A DNA stretch of 64,000 bases, from contig NC_043000.1 in assembly GCF_006345805.1 (NCBI RefSeq), positions 82,708,001 to 82,772,000 on the forward strand. Direction: 5' to 3'. This stretch comes from Octopus sinensis. Taxonomy: Eukaryota. The position numbers were made by a program, and so were the translations under genes. Positions within the stretch are counted from its first letter, which is position 1; each line of letters starts with the position of its first letter. This document shows, piece by piece, positions 39,544-53,527 of this stretch. Below the pieces are notes generated by a model. It had not been told where the DNA came from. It was given only the letters and a program-made list of their open reading frames with translations, and made no database searches.

Positions 39544-42049
39544 TATTGCTTTTCTTATATTTTCCCATTCATTCCATATTTTGTTCTTCAATTTGTGCAG
39601 GTCTTCAATAAAATTGAGTTGTAAGTATTTCAATATGGCCGGCCTGGCAAATTGTCCGTCTTTAACAATGGAAAATTGTAGAAATTCCGGAACCATCAAT
39701 TTGGAGTGGTTCTAATCATTGACGTAAGTATCACTTAGATCTTCAGAAATATGAAGGGATTTTGGTAGAAAGGAGACATGGTGTGTATGTGAGAGAGAGA
39801 TGTGGGAGTGTTGGCAAGAGAGATAAGGGTGTGAAAGCATGGAGACAAATACAGTAAGGCAGAAAAGAAAAGGGAAACTGGGATGAGGAAAGTGAGACAG
39901 GGAGATAGGGAGATAAAAACAAATAAACAGAGTGAGAGAGAGAGAGAAAGAGAGAGTTGGACAGACAGAGAAAGAGGTAGACAGACACGGATAAACTTGG
40001 TTAAAATCATTATTTTAAAACCCAACAAAGTCCCATCTGGAATATATCATATACACCCGTCAGCACTCAAAAGTTCTAGAAAGGGTAATACAAACAACAC
40101 TCTCCCCATCTTCAAATCACAACATGGGTTCAGACTGGTGTACCTAACTACTACATTACAGACAAACTTCAGGCATTGGATTACATGACACCTTTAATAA
40201 TAAACCTCCCACAAATCCACCTTTCCTTTTACTATCGATATCAGTCAAGTTTTCTATTTTATTTCTCTTTAAACAGAATACTTAAGGTCACACTAAGAAA
40301 CAACACAAAACGATGGCTCGTAAACTACCTGTCAAGTAGTCCAGATTACCTACTGTATAAAACAACGTTTCCAGAACTTGCAAGATATGTATATTATAAG
40401 TAGGAGCTGTTTGTTCCAAGCTACACATAAAGGTATAAAATGATACTTTATTTGTTCATGCAACAATAACAAAATACATAAATATATGTATACATGTATA
40501 TATGTTTGTGTTCGCGAGCGCGTTTTCTCTTTGTCTTGCTTCAGTCGGTCCATGGTTGCGTTTTTAACAAGAAATATGAGAAATATTTTCTATATAAAAT
40601 ATGAAAATTTGCAAGCCGCATCAAATGTGCACATGGAACCGTTTGTACACGCTCTCCCAGTCACTTATATGCGTGCATAGTCTGCTCCTTGTTTGTTATT
40701 CAAATTTAAGTTCGTTGGCTGAATATTCTTCAGAAAAACTTTTCACTATACAGTTTGTTCATTTAGCGTACACTTTGTATATGCTTTGCTAGCGCTAAAT
40801 GCGTATGTAGTCTACTCGTGGTTTGTTGTTCAAATATCAACGCGTTCAGTGAATGGGCTCCCATTGACTTATACTTAGTTCGTTGATCAAATTTCAGCTC
40901 GTTATGTGAGTTCAATTTTCTTCGGAAAAACTGTTCGTTATTCAGTTCGGTTCTTTAGAAAACCGTTTGTATATGGATACTCCCACTGTACTAAACCCCA
41001 GACGCAGCGACACAATTACTCCAAACATACACAAATGACCGAGAAACCTGTCTCGATAACAACAGCCATAAATTAACACCTGCCAAATCTACTGTCTCCC
41101 TCCTGACCAGGATAACTACAGAACATTGAAAGCAACGAACACTCATACTCAACAACATAGACATACCAGACACAGTGATATTATTTCATTCTTTGTTTCG
41201 GTTTATAATTGTTTTTAGGCTTCAGTTCAAACTATGAGTATTAGAAAGATAATCATTTCGTCAGTCAGGGAGTTGGATAGGTGTAGAACCGTTGCTATAA
41301 GTGATTCTCAGTTGGTTTTCTTTAATACGTGACGTAAATAAAATAAGACGGTGGTGCTGGAGACATAGGAAGGCTAACAATTAGAATAAGTTATATATAT
41401 TGGGTATAAACACAAACACACACCCACACACACATACACACACAAATATATATATATATATATAATATATATATATATAATATATATATATATACGCAGA
41501 TACGCACGAAGGAGTCCCACATTCACTCTCACGGTATTGGTCAGCCTGGAACTATACTAGAATACACTTGCCCAAGGCGTCTCGCAGTGCGACTCAACCC
41601 GAAACAACACGTTTTTTTTCTTTATATATGAATCCATAAGTATGATTTGTATAACCATCTTTATCAGTCCTTCTTAAATTGAGCAGAATCGATCGGGGGG
41701 GGGCGATGAAAAATTATATAGGGATATTGGGAGCAAGAGGTTGGCGGGAGGTGATAGCTGGTCTAAATTTTCAAAAATATTTCCAACTTTTACTGTGTGT
41801 AAACCATTTGGTATAATATTCATATCAAATTTTAGCACAATTTCGGGGAGTGGGTAAGTCGATTACATTGATCCCAGTGCTCAACTGGAACTTTATTTTA
41901 TCGACTTCCGAAAAGATGAAAGGCAAAGTCGACTTCAGCGGAATTTGAGTTCAAAACATAAAAAATGACGAAATGCCGCTAATCATTTTCCGTTCGTTAT
42001 TACAGTTGAATCTAAGCTTCCAGACGCTCCTTTTCAGTTGAGTACAGTA

Positions 42050-44670
42050 AATGAACAGAAAATACAATACTGAATAATGAAAATGGAACCTCAACATGAA
42101 GCGACTAATTGGGAAGACAGAAAGAGTGGTAAAAATGATTAAATAAGAAGCATTCCTCTTCGACAGAGATATTTCCAACGTATCTACAGAAACATGTTCG
42201 TTTCCATAACTAACAGAAATCCCTGCAGACCAAAGGCACTGAATGATTTGAAATGAATTTAATCAAATTAATAAAAATAATGAAATTCAACAACCATATA
42301 AACAATTTTCAGAATGAGCTAAAGGCTTAGTTAACACTTTTTACGAATTCATGTAAGCAGATAAGGTGTAAGCAAATAAGACGAAATATTTGACAGGACT
42401 TTGATAGAAATACACGCAAGCTTTTACTAGAGAATATTACTAACCCAAATACATATAACACAAGAGATGACGAAAATTGGACTAAGCGCCAAAATTCATG
42501 TAAACTAGCTAAACACTTAAGGATCTCGAAGGGAATTTTAGAGGGAATCCCAAATGTAGACTAATAAGCGGACAAAAAAATGAAGTAAGCATAATCAACA
42601 AAACATACTAGATAGCATAATTACAAAAATTAGGCTAGTTACGAAATTAACGCAATAGAATTTCATCAGTGACACTATCAAGCAGTTTAACAGTGCCAAT
42701 GACGAAATCAAATAGATTCGTTCAGATTAAAATGGGAGAGTTCTACCAATATATTTCCTGAAATTTTCTCGAGCAAGAATTTGGTAACTTTACACAACCA
42801 TTAGCGACACCGACAATAATATCAGAATGAACGAAAAGAAATCAATGTTATTTTACAGTAATTTGGAGTGGGGTTTAAGAAATATGAAAATAATGTTTTG
42901 ATGAAGCTATGAGAAGTTATGGTGGTGCAAAATAACGGATCTTGTCAAGATATTTATACCATATACACAGAGAATAAAGCAAAAGTTAGGAATGATTATA
43001 TAGAGATGACAGACTCGCCTTTCCTTATATGATGGGTTACAGTGAATTCACCATACCTTGTTATAATGTGTTTATATCCAGTTTTTATTTACGGAGAGAA
43101 TCACTCAATAAAATGGGAAAGCTTAGCAAAGCAATAATTAGTATATTCAGACAGTTTAATCTAAAAAATTACAATAAACAGTAAGATGAAAAAAAAGAAA
43201 TTTCTAGATATAACATGAAACCTAAGCACATGTAAATAGTGCCCATTGCGTAAGCTGACTGAAGAAACTATATACAATGATAAAGGCTATTATAATTGCT
43301 CTCCTACAATTATTAAAATTATCACAAACAATATCAGTAGACGCATTTTCAACATATTATCAAACAAAGATATTGATATGGAGGTCAGTTCGGAAAAAGA
43401 AAATAAGAATGCTATGACCCACTTTTGTGATTTGTCGTCAAGGAGACGGGTAAACCTTTTGACCTGTCGGTTTCTTGGGAAATTTATGCATTCGGAAGAG
43501 ACCTTTGGCCCTGTTCCGGTCAGGGGAAGTTCGAGAAACCACCCCTTTAAAATGCGACGCGCTGGGAGTTGGTCAGTCAGTCGGCAGTTGGCAACAGGGC
43601 AGTTTTGGCCAAAGACAGCAGTGATACGGACGGTCAGCCAAGAAGGTGGCGATAGTGAGATGGCAACAGGGCGAGGCAGCGACATCGTTGAGAAAGACAG
43701 ACTGTGAATGTGAGGATGACAAGCGAGAGGTTGAGAAAGACATACACAGGGAACATGTAGAGCGAAGGAGAGGGATTACGGCGGATAGAAGGCATGGCTA
43801 TTGTAGTAGGAGTTGTAACGGTATGTGTTGTTTATGTTTTGATGTGAAATGTAAAAGAAAGAATTGTGGCGTAAATTGCAATCTGTGATGAAGAGGAAAA
43901 AGAATTGTTGAACTAAAAAAGAATTGATGTGTCAAAAAAAGGAGAAAGAACTGTGAATTAAGGAAAAGAGGAAGAAAAGAAATGAAATTGTAAAGACATT
44001 GTGAAAAGAGTTGTTGAAAAGAACTGAGTTGTGTTAAAGAAAGAAAGAGAAAGACTTTAATGTATTGAGTTGAACTGTTCTGATTTGTCTCTGAACTGTA
44101 TCGTGAATTGAACTGATTTGAACATTGAACTGTATCATGCATGCCTTTGATTTTGTTGTATGTTATTTTCTTTGATGTATCTGGTGTATTTTACATTTTA
44201 TTTGATGTTGTAATGATTGTTATAAACTGTTTTTAAACGTAAGTCAATTGCCTTCCGCCGTGTCTCTGTATCTCTTCCTGCCGTTGTTGTTGTTGTTCTC
44301 TCCGGTCGCCGGTTCGAGTTCGCTGCCGCCTCCCCCACCGGGTCCTCTCTTTCTGTGTGGCGAATTTCCCGTTCGACTGGGCCGGCCAATCGTCGTCGCC
44401 GACTTGGTAGGGTCCCGGGTTTCCGAAGAGTTTGAGCGACGGCAGGTGGTTCGTAACAATATATTTAATAAAGTGGCCCCATTCTTTATTTGAACATTAA
44501 AGAAAATCAATTTTAACCACAAGATAAAATAAACAAAGACATGAAAATAACATGATTTCACAGCCTAGTCAGAATAAACGTGTCACCAATTATCGAAAAC
44601 CTCATTTATAAGATATACCATAAAATATTCGATAGAAATTCTGTTGTTTAAGTAACATGTGGTTTCAAAT
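42050..44670 (+). mobile_element. Degenerate Penelope-like reverse transcriptase region, split by a solo LTR
   Basis: GNPKCRLIS (~42545), YRDD (~43000), KFLDIT (~43200), then LSNKDI|FNKVAPFF across the insertion. Confidence 0.8.
43374..44458. mobile_element. Solo LTR (1085 bp), Ty3/gypsy-like
   Basis: TG...CA termini and 4-bp TSD ATAT (43370-73 and 44459-62); excision restores the PLE reading frame. Confidence 0.8.
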
Positions 44671-45861
44671 CTTCGACAACAATCCTTTCTGTAACCATAA
44701 CTACACCCTGGTCATCTTTTTCCCCACAACATGTTACCTAGGTATAACTCACTTGTATATCCTTACTCCTATTTATTAATCAATTGTATATCACAAAGCA
44801 AGAATTTATTGAGTCATGCTATTAACTGTTTATTCGACTAAATATTTACTAATCTATTTACTTACTTATTTCACAGTTTATTTATCAATCTAGGTTTTTT
44901 TTTATTCAATCATTTGTTATTTAATCAATATACATTTTATAACATTTTTTAAACATCTACCATTGCAGTCTCACAGTTAATACGAGGCTTCTTCACACAC
45001 TCACACACGCATATGCACATGCGCGCGCGCATAGATACGTACGGACACTGTGTTAGTCAATCCCTGCCCGTAACATCGTATTACATTGTTATTCATCTCA
45101 TTGTAACTTAGATTAAGATGACGAGTTGGCAAAATCGTTAACACGCCGAACAAAACACTTAGAGACATTTCGTCCGTTTTTACGATCCGAGTTCAAAAGC
45201 TGCCGTGGTCGACTTTGCCTTTCAATATTTTGGAGCCGATAAAATATGTAGAGGCATGATGTAATTGTCGTAGCTCCTTTAAAGTTGCTGGCCTTATTCC
45301 AAAATTTGAAGGCATTATATTTAAAATTTTTCTTTACTCCGAACTAATGCATTTATTTTCTTGTCAAATATATTTACTAATTACTTTCAGTTATCTCCCT
45401 TTAAAAGTAATCTGACAATTATCACTCCTAAGCCAATGTTTGTAATGTGTTTGTTTCTCTTTCTTTTGCTAGAACACAGGAAATTTCGCGCGGTAACAAG
45501 GCGAGGACTTGTTTAACCAATGAGATTTGTAAGTGCTTGTTAACTTCATGTACAGACATCTATTGTTTTGTTGTGTCATAAATTCCGCCTAACGAAGCGT
45601 GTTTACACGCAGAAACACTCGAGTAACGCTATTATGCTTTAACCAAATAAAAGAAAAAAGATGAAAACAGAAAGGAAGATAACAGGAAAGAAAAGAAATG
45701 AAATATGCTTTTTAAACAATGAACTATTTTCTCTCTTTTTAAGAGACTTCGTAAAATGTTGAGTTTAGCTTGATTAATTTGTGTCTCGATTTATACCGTG
45801 CCGACGATTCCACAGGAAGATGAAATAGAACTATACACAGCTACCAACGACTAAAAACTTT

Positions 45862-47782
45862 GGTTAATATAGGGCGTAACAAATATCAGAAAATCAAAAA
45901 AAAAATGTGTGTAATAGGTGTAAAACAACTTCCTATGAACGAATATGAAAAAAAAAATTCGCGCACGCGAAAGGGGGGTGGGGGAGAGGCCTCGGAAAAT
46001 TCACATCGGGAAGTTCCGAAAGCGTCTGAGGGGCTGACCCGGGCACCAAAACAAAAAAAAATAGTGTAATATGTGTAAAACAACTTGCTCTAAACGAATA
46101 TGAAAAAAAAAATGCGCTCTCGAGAAAGAGGGGTGGGGGAGAGGCCTCGGAATATTTATATCGGAATTTCCGAAAGCGTCTGAACCGGGCACAAAAACAA
46201 AAACAAAAACAGCGTAATAGGTGTAAAACAACTTGCTCTAAACGACTATCATGAAAAAAATGCGCGCTCGCGCAAGGGGGGTGGGGGAGAGGCTTCGGAA
46301 ATTTCACATCTTCAGTCCACGGCCTTTAAACTAAGAAAAAATAGTGTAATTGGTGTAAAACTACTTGTTCTAAACGAGTATCAAGAACACACACTCACAC
46401 ATGAATCATAAACTCCGTATTTCGCAAAAAAAAAAATAAAGAGAAGAAATTCTGGAAAAAGTGAAGAAATGTTGGATCTCATTCCTTGGTTAAAGCTATT
46501 TTAAACATTAAATTTATGCTTTTCTTTGAAATAGTTCAGATATATGCAATTCTTCTCACTTATTAAGATGCATTTATCAGAAAAAAAGAGACAGAAAAAA
46601 TTATTATTTTGTGTCAATCCTTCCCTAATTATCCTTTATTAATTAGTTTTGGCGTGTATTTTTTCCCAAATTTATTCTTTCACCTTTACAACACTGTTTA
46701 GTAAAGCAATTAATTATCTTTATAATTTGCATATTTGACTTATTAATCAAAATTCTCTAGATGTAATATATACTAAGTAATGCATCCTTCATTTATGTGT
46801 TCCGTTCTGTATTATGCATGCGTGACTGTTTGTATGTAAGTGTGTTTAACTGTGCACATGAATGTGAATATTAAAGAACATATTTATTTACTATGATTGT
46901 TATTTTCAGAACAAATAAATCTTTTGGCTGTTATGTTATTGATGTTATTATTATTGCTAGTTAAAGGGTGGTGACTTGGCTGAATATGTTGAGTCTTGTA
47001 GTATGTAGTTGTGTTAGTCAATATTCTGAGTTCAAATCCAACTCATTTCTTTATCATCATTATCGATGGACCACTCAAAGAGGTATGTATACATTATCAT
47101 TTTCGTAACATAATTTCTGTAGTATTTCAAGATGTTTCTGACACGTATTTTGATTCACATGGCGGAGATCCAACATTTCTTCACTTTTTCCAGAATTTCT
47201 CTTTATTTTTTTTTTTTTTGCGAAATACGGAGTTTATGATTCATGTGTGAGTGTGTGTTCTTGATACTCGTTTAGAACAAGTAGTTTTACACCAATTACA
47301 CTATTTTTTCTTAGTTTAAAGGCCGTGGACTGAAGATGTGAAATTTCCGAAGCCTCTCCCCCACCCCCTTTCGCGAGCGCGCATTTTTTTCATGATAGTC
47401 GTTTAGAGCAAGTTGTTTTACACCTATTACGCTGTTTTTGTTTTTGTTTTTGTGCCCGGTTCAGACGCTTTCGGAAATTCCCGATATAAATATTCCGAGG
47501 CCTCTCCCCCACCCCTCTTTCTCGAGAGCGCATTTTTTTTTTCATATTCGTTTAGAGCAAGTTGTTTTACACATATTACACTATTTTTTTTTTTTTTGGT
47601 GCCCGGGTCAGCCCCTCAGACGCTTTCGGAACTTCCCGATGTGAATTTTCCGAGGCCTCTCCCCCACCCCCCTTTCGCGTGCGCGAATTTTTTTTTTCAT
47701 ATTCGTTCATAGGAAGTTGTTTTACACCTATTACACACATTTTTTTTTGATTTTCTGATATTTGTTACGCCCTATATTAACC
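45862..47782. mobile_element. Foldback DNA element, ~620-bp TIRs, 8-bp TSD
   Basis: Arms 45862-46480 and 47165-47782; termini GGTTAATATAGGGCG; TSD AAAACTTT; three ~150-bp G-rich subrepeats per arm. Confidence 0.88.
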
Positions 47783-48224
47783 AAAACTTTATGGTCCTTA
47801 TTTCATTTGATGTAAAAATTATATATGCATTTCCTTCAATTGAGCTACTTTAATTTGGAAGAGATTTTCTCCCTTTTAATGATAACTCACCAGACACAAA
47901 CCGTGTGTTCGAAATACTCTGGTTACTTTTCTAAGATATTCCATGGAAAATGGCGGCAATGGCCGCGGTAAGATGAACATAAAGAATGTCTATTCTGACT
48001 CATCTGGATAGATAGTACAATATAAAATAGCTGCCAGAAATCCTTATCTGCACCCATGAAGAATATACTGAAATGGGCTTGCAAAATTTGTTCGTTGTTA
48101 AAACATTAACTCTAATTACACAAAGAACTTTTGTGCTAGGCAGAATTACCCAGGAAGCATTTTGCCTAAATATAAGAAATTCCTTTCTATCTTCACAAAT
48201 GCCAAACAGTTAACAAATTAGGAT

Positions 48225-48390
48225 AAATGAAATATGCTTTTTAAACAATGAACTATTTTCTTTCTATTTAAGAAACTTCGTTGAATGCTGAATTTAGGTT
48301 AAATAATTTGTCTCGAGTTATGTCGTGCCGACGATTCCAAAGGAGGATGAACTAGTACTATACACGGCTACCAACTACTAAAAGCTTTAG
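48225..48390 (+). repeat. Diverged direct copy of 45697-45861
   Basis: Shared GAAATATGCTTTTTAAACAATGAACTATTTTCT...GTGCCGACGATTCCA...CTACCAAC. Confidence 0.8.
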
Positions 48391-48740
48391 GAATTTTATT
48401 TTATTTTATGTAAGAGAAAAAAAGCATTAAAAATTAAATATGCTCTTCAATTTATCTCAGTATAACGTAGAAGAGATTCACTTCCTGTTAATGGTAAATC
48501 ACCAGAAACAAACCAAGTGTTCAAATAATATCATACACACACACGCGCGAGGAAACAAGTGGGAATGAAAAGTTCCTGCCTTTAAGGGTATCGCGAAAGG
48601 CTTGGCTAAATGACCAACTTCCGAGTTCTTTTACAGGGCTTACGAAAACTGAAGGACCGCTGCAATAAGTGTGCGAATCTGAGAGAAACTATGTTGAATA
48701 GAATCATAATTAACAGATCCATAATTAACATATCTTTTAT

Positions 48741-48788
<48 letters not shown>

Positions 48789-49029
48789 ATAAGAATTTAG
48801 GTGAGGATTCTGATAGAATCTGGTACTTGAAAATGTATACACCAGTTAGGCTTGGGTAATGTCAGTGGTTCCGGTCTATGGTTGGTTAGAGTCGAAATAT
48901 CAGATAGGATATTTCTGTTGTCTACCAAGAAAAAAAAAACAACCCGATGAGTATTTCGCGCCTAAAAGGGCTGCTCCATATTACGCGTAACTTTGTGTAT
49001 TGCGTTGTTAGCATATTATAGGATGAAAA

Positions 49030-49416
49030 CGGCGAGCTGGCAGAAACGATAGCAAGCCGGGCGAAATGCTCAGCGGTATTTCGTCTGCCGCTACGTTCTG
49101 AGTTCAAATTCCGCTGAGGTCGACTTTGTCTTTCATCATTTCGGGGTCGATTAAATAAGTACCAGTTACGCACTGGGGTGGATATAATCGACTTACTCCG
49201 TCTGTCTCTCCTTGTTTGTCCTCTCTGTGTTTAGCCCCTTATGGGTAATCAAGAAATAGGTACTTCGTCTGCCTTTACGTTCTGAGGTCAATTCCGCTGA
49301 GGTCAACTTTGCCTTTCATCCTTTTGGGGTCGATAAATTAAGTACCAGTTAATCTAATCGACCGACTGGCCCCCTCCCCAAAAATTTCGGTGATTGTGCC
49401 TAGTGTAGAAAAGAAT
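49030..49416 (+). mobile_element. SINE family B, dimeric form
   Basis: Matches the 17941 copy. Confidence 0.88.
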
Positions 49417-50520
49417 CGTCAGATGAGAAGTAATTTTACAAAATAAAGGAATATCCGAGAATACTGCAAGAATGTATCTGCCGAGGCCAGCTATGAATGG
49501 GAGAATGAGCGACTATGTTGGCAGTTTAGGTTAAGAATGTAGTTCTTTAAAGTGTGTAATTTGATATCTAAGGTCAGTGACTTTGGTGAGAAGGAGTCTT
49601 CTAGACTAGATTATGGGTAGACTGGAGTGGGTTGTGGGAGAAAATGTATTATGGTAAGCTCTGGGCTGTGGCAAGTAAGGAGGGTCATAAAAGAATTAAG
49701 TATAAGGGAAAGAAGAGAAAATAAATAAATCAAACGTAAGAATGACCGAAAAATTAAAATGAGACGATCAGGTATAGGGTCTGAGTATGAGAGTCTCTTG
49801 TAAATGGAAAATGACTAGGGGAGGTGGATAGAGAAATACAGAAATCTAGGGGTAATCGGTGAATATTGGTTGGAAGTGGGATAAGAGTACGGAGGCCATT
49901 AAATAATAAGAGCGATATTATGGAATTAAAGTTATAGTAAAGCAGAATACTGCCTATCAATAAGGAGTTTAAAAAATTAAAATTTAAAAATTAAAAATTT
50001 AAAGCAGGTGGAGTTATATAATGAGAAACACCAAGTACAGGATTATAGGAAGTTACAGAGCGGAATCAGGAAAGCCAGCGATAAGGAGTAGTCTAAGGAT
50101 TAGCTATATAATGTTAAACGGGCGGCTATGATAGCAACTCAATACAATAGTCGTGGGTACGACGTTTGGATAGTGTGTTACCACAACCCAGAGCTTACCG
50201 TAATAAATTTTCTCCTACAACCCACTCGTCTACCTGTGATCTAGTCTAGCAGACTCCTTCTCACCCGAGTCACTGACCTTAGATATTAAATTACACACTT
50301 TAAAGAACTACATTCTTAACCTAAACTGCCAACGTAGTCACTCATTCTCCCATTCATAGCTGGCCTCGACAGACATATCCTTGCTGTATTCTTGGATATT
50401 CTTTTATTTTGTAAAATTTCTTCTCATCTGATGATTACGGTCTTTTATAATGATGCTATGTAATGTTCTCATTCTTCTATTAAAAGTTATGTAAGAAACA
50501 GCTGTAATGAGCTGACAATT
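49417..50520. mobile_element. PLE-like unit with diverged ~255-bp inverted repeats
   Basis: 49417-49672 vs 50180-50433; hammerhead at the right end. Confidence 0.7.
50423..50511 (+). ncRNA. Type I hammerhead, long stem II, palindromic stem III
   Basis: ctcat CTGATGA ttac..gtaa GAAAC AGCT GTA atgag. Confidence 0.8.
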
Positions 50521-50571
50521 ATCCATCGTATGTTATTATTCATTTGACATACAAACACACACACACACACA

Positions 50572-50610
<39 letters not shown>

Positions 50611-50999
50611 GTAGCAATAATTATAACGATAGAGATTATGGAGACTGGTACATCCTCAAAATCTATTTCCTTTTAATTTACAATGTCATACAGCATATTT
50701 TTATGGTTGCAACGGCTTACACGTGTTTACACTACACTGAGTACGTACAGTTGCATATGCATCCGGCAAAATTTTCTGTGCAGCTTCGTTCAGATCCTTT
50801 CAACCAGGTTGGCTCGAAATGAACTGAATTCAGTTAGTTGTTTATTGATTAGGTTTCAGGAGGAACCGATGGGGTTAACCGTAACCTAGAACACAACTAA
50901 GAGCTACCACGGTAACCACCCGGATAATATATCTCTAAAATCACATTAATTGTGTGTGCGTGTGTGCGTGTGTGTATGTGTGTGTGTGTGTGCGCGCGC

Positions 51000-51525
51000 G
51001 CATGTGTGTCTGTGTTAGTCTACTGGAGCTGGTTTGTCTACGTTCCCGTAACTTAGCGGGTCGGCAAAACAGTCCGATAGAATAAGTACCCAAAAATTAA
51101 TATTAATAGGTACAGGGTCGATTCGTTTGGCTAAAATTTTTTGAAGGCGATGCCCCAGAATGCCTGCAGTCAAATGACCGAAACAAGTAAAAGATAAAAG
51201 ATACATTTATATAAACGTTGCCATGGCTGTGTGGTATGAAGATTGCTTCTCAATCACATGGTTCCGGGTTCAGTCCAACTGCGTAGCACCTTGGGCAAGA
51301 GTTTTCTACTATAGCCTTAGGCCGACCAAAGCCTTCTGGGTGGATTTGGTAGGCGGAAACAGAAAGAAGCTCGTCGTATATATTTGTATATGTTTACGCG
51401 CGTGTGTGTGTGTGTGTGTGCGTTTCCGTTTTTGTCCCCCTCCTCACCATCACTTGACAACCGATGCTGGTATGCTTACGTCCCCGAAACTTAATACCGA
51501 TAGAATAAATACTGGGCTTACACAG
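51000..51525. mobile_element. Two SINE A pieces in opposite orientation
   Basis: Minus-strand piece to ~51200, then a plus-strand copy from ~51215. Confidence 0.8.
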
Positions 51526-51544
51526 AATAAGAACTATATATATA

Positions 51545-51642
<98 letters not shown>

Positions 51643-51783
51643 GGTTTAAGAGACAGAACCACCTTCAAGCAACTCAAACAACATTGAACGATATTATCTA
51701 TGATAGAGATATATAAGATTAACTTTTATCAAAATTGATATCTACAATTACTATTCTGAATCATATATTAAATCAAATTATTT

Positions 51784-51888
51784 AGACAACGCGCGTTTCA
51801 TCATAATATATCTATCGGTATTTCTGAAATAGACGGTTTCGAAATTCAATACCATATCAATCCGACTATACTGCCAACCTTCAGGTCT
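51784..51888 (-). ncRNA. Degenerate hammerhead in a pLTR-like unit between (TA)n tracts
   Basis: agac CTGAAGG..GAAAC GCGC GTT gtct; A9 altered and stem II base poor. Confidence 0.4.
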
Positions 51889-52056
51889 GGATTTCCAGTC
51901 GTATAATTTTGATTGTCGTGTCTTTATATATGATGTAAATAGCAAAATAGTTTTATATAATCTAGACCTGAGGATTGGCAGCATAGTTCCGAAATACAAC
52001 TATATCTTTTTCAACACACGATTTCACATCACGAATCTTGCACACAAATTGATAAA

Positions 52057-52114
<58 letters not shown>

Positions 52115-52240
52115 TATATATGTACGTATGTATGTATGTATGTATGCATGCATGCATGTATGTATGTATGCATATGTATATATGTATATATGTGTATATA
52201 TATGTATATATATAATTATATATAATATATATATATATAT

Positions 52241-52278
<38 letters not shown>

Positions 52279-52561
52279 TATTATATATATACTTATATAC
52301 ATATATATGTGCGTACATATGGGTGAACAGACGAAAAAAGGCAATCAAAATATTTGGTGCATATACTTTTAATAAGAATTTGACTCAGCTGCACAAGACT
52401 TACAGTTTCGTGAAGTGCTTCGGATACGTTCATCTCATCGGATGTTGGGAGAACGGTGAGTGCTTTGAGAGGATAAATTCAAGATGACTTCCAGGTGTTA
52501 GGCTTCTGTTCATTAGCCAGGTCACCTGGTAATAATAGTGTATGTATATATGTACGTATAT

Positions 52562-52604
<43 letters not shown>

Positions 52605-53005
52605 TGTGTGTGTGTGTGTGTTAATGCCAATGCACGAAACTCTCGGACCTTGAGTCACTCTGTTACTTCTAGATATTTATAAATATATACATATACTTAT
52701 ATTTTGAGTTCTATTTTCCTATTTACATCAACATACTTGTATACATGTGTGTATACAAATACGATACACTTGCACTAGCACACATACACGAATGTGTATA
52801 TATGTGTGTGTGTGTGTGTTCGTGTGTGTATATATTAATATATATGCATGCGTAGATATGAACGTAGATATATGCATAATTGTGTATGTATATGTGAGCG
52901 TATATATACATGCATACATACATACGTACATACATACATACGTACATAATACATACGTACATACATACATACATACATACATACATACATACATACATAC
53001 ATGCA

Positions 53006-53036
<31 letters not shown>

Positions 53037-53416
53037 GTACATATGTACATACATAAAACATACATACATACATGCATACATACATACATACATACATACA
53101 TACATACATACATACATACATACATACATACATAATGTATATGCATACGTATGTGAATAGAAAGTATGTAGGGCGAAGTTACAGCCGAGTAGTCAAGAAG
53201 TCTATTGCTCAGTCATGTCACAGACATAATGTCACGCCGTCAAATTTCTCACACATACCACGTATACAACAGCAGACATACCTGAAACCATCTCACATAT
53301 ATTGCATACTATTACACGCGCACACACACACACACACACACACAAACAAACAAACACACACATATTCAAATACATACATATATACATAAATCGGTAAACA
53401 GACAGGCAGCCGGACG

Positions 53417-53458
<42 letters not shown>

Positions 53459-53463
53459 TAGAC

Positions 53464-53527
<64 letters not shown>

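Noticed and set aside
43290-43685. 131-aa ORF as gag or a host gene
   Set aside because: Lies mostly inside the TSD-bounded solo LTR; no motifs.
52396-52446. CCGATGA..GAAAC T GTA on the minus strand
   Set aside because: U4 altered and stem I unpaired.
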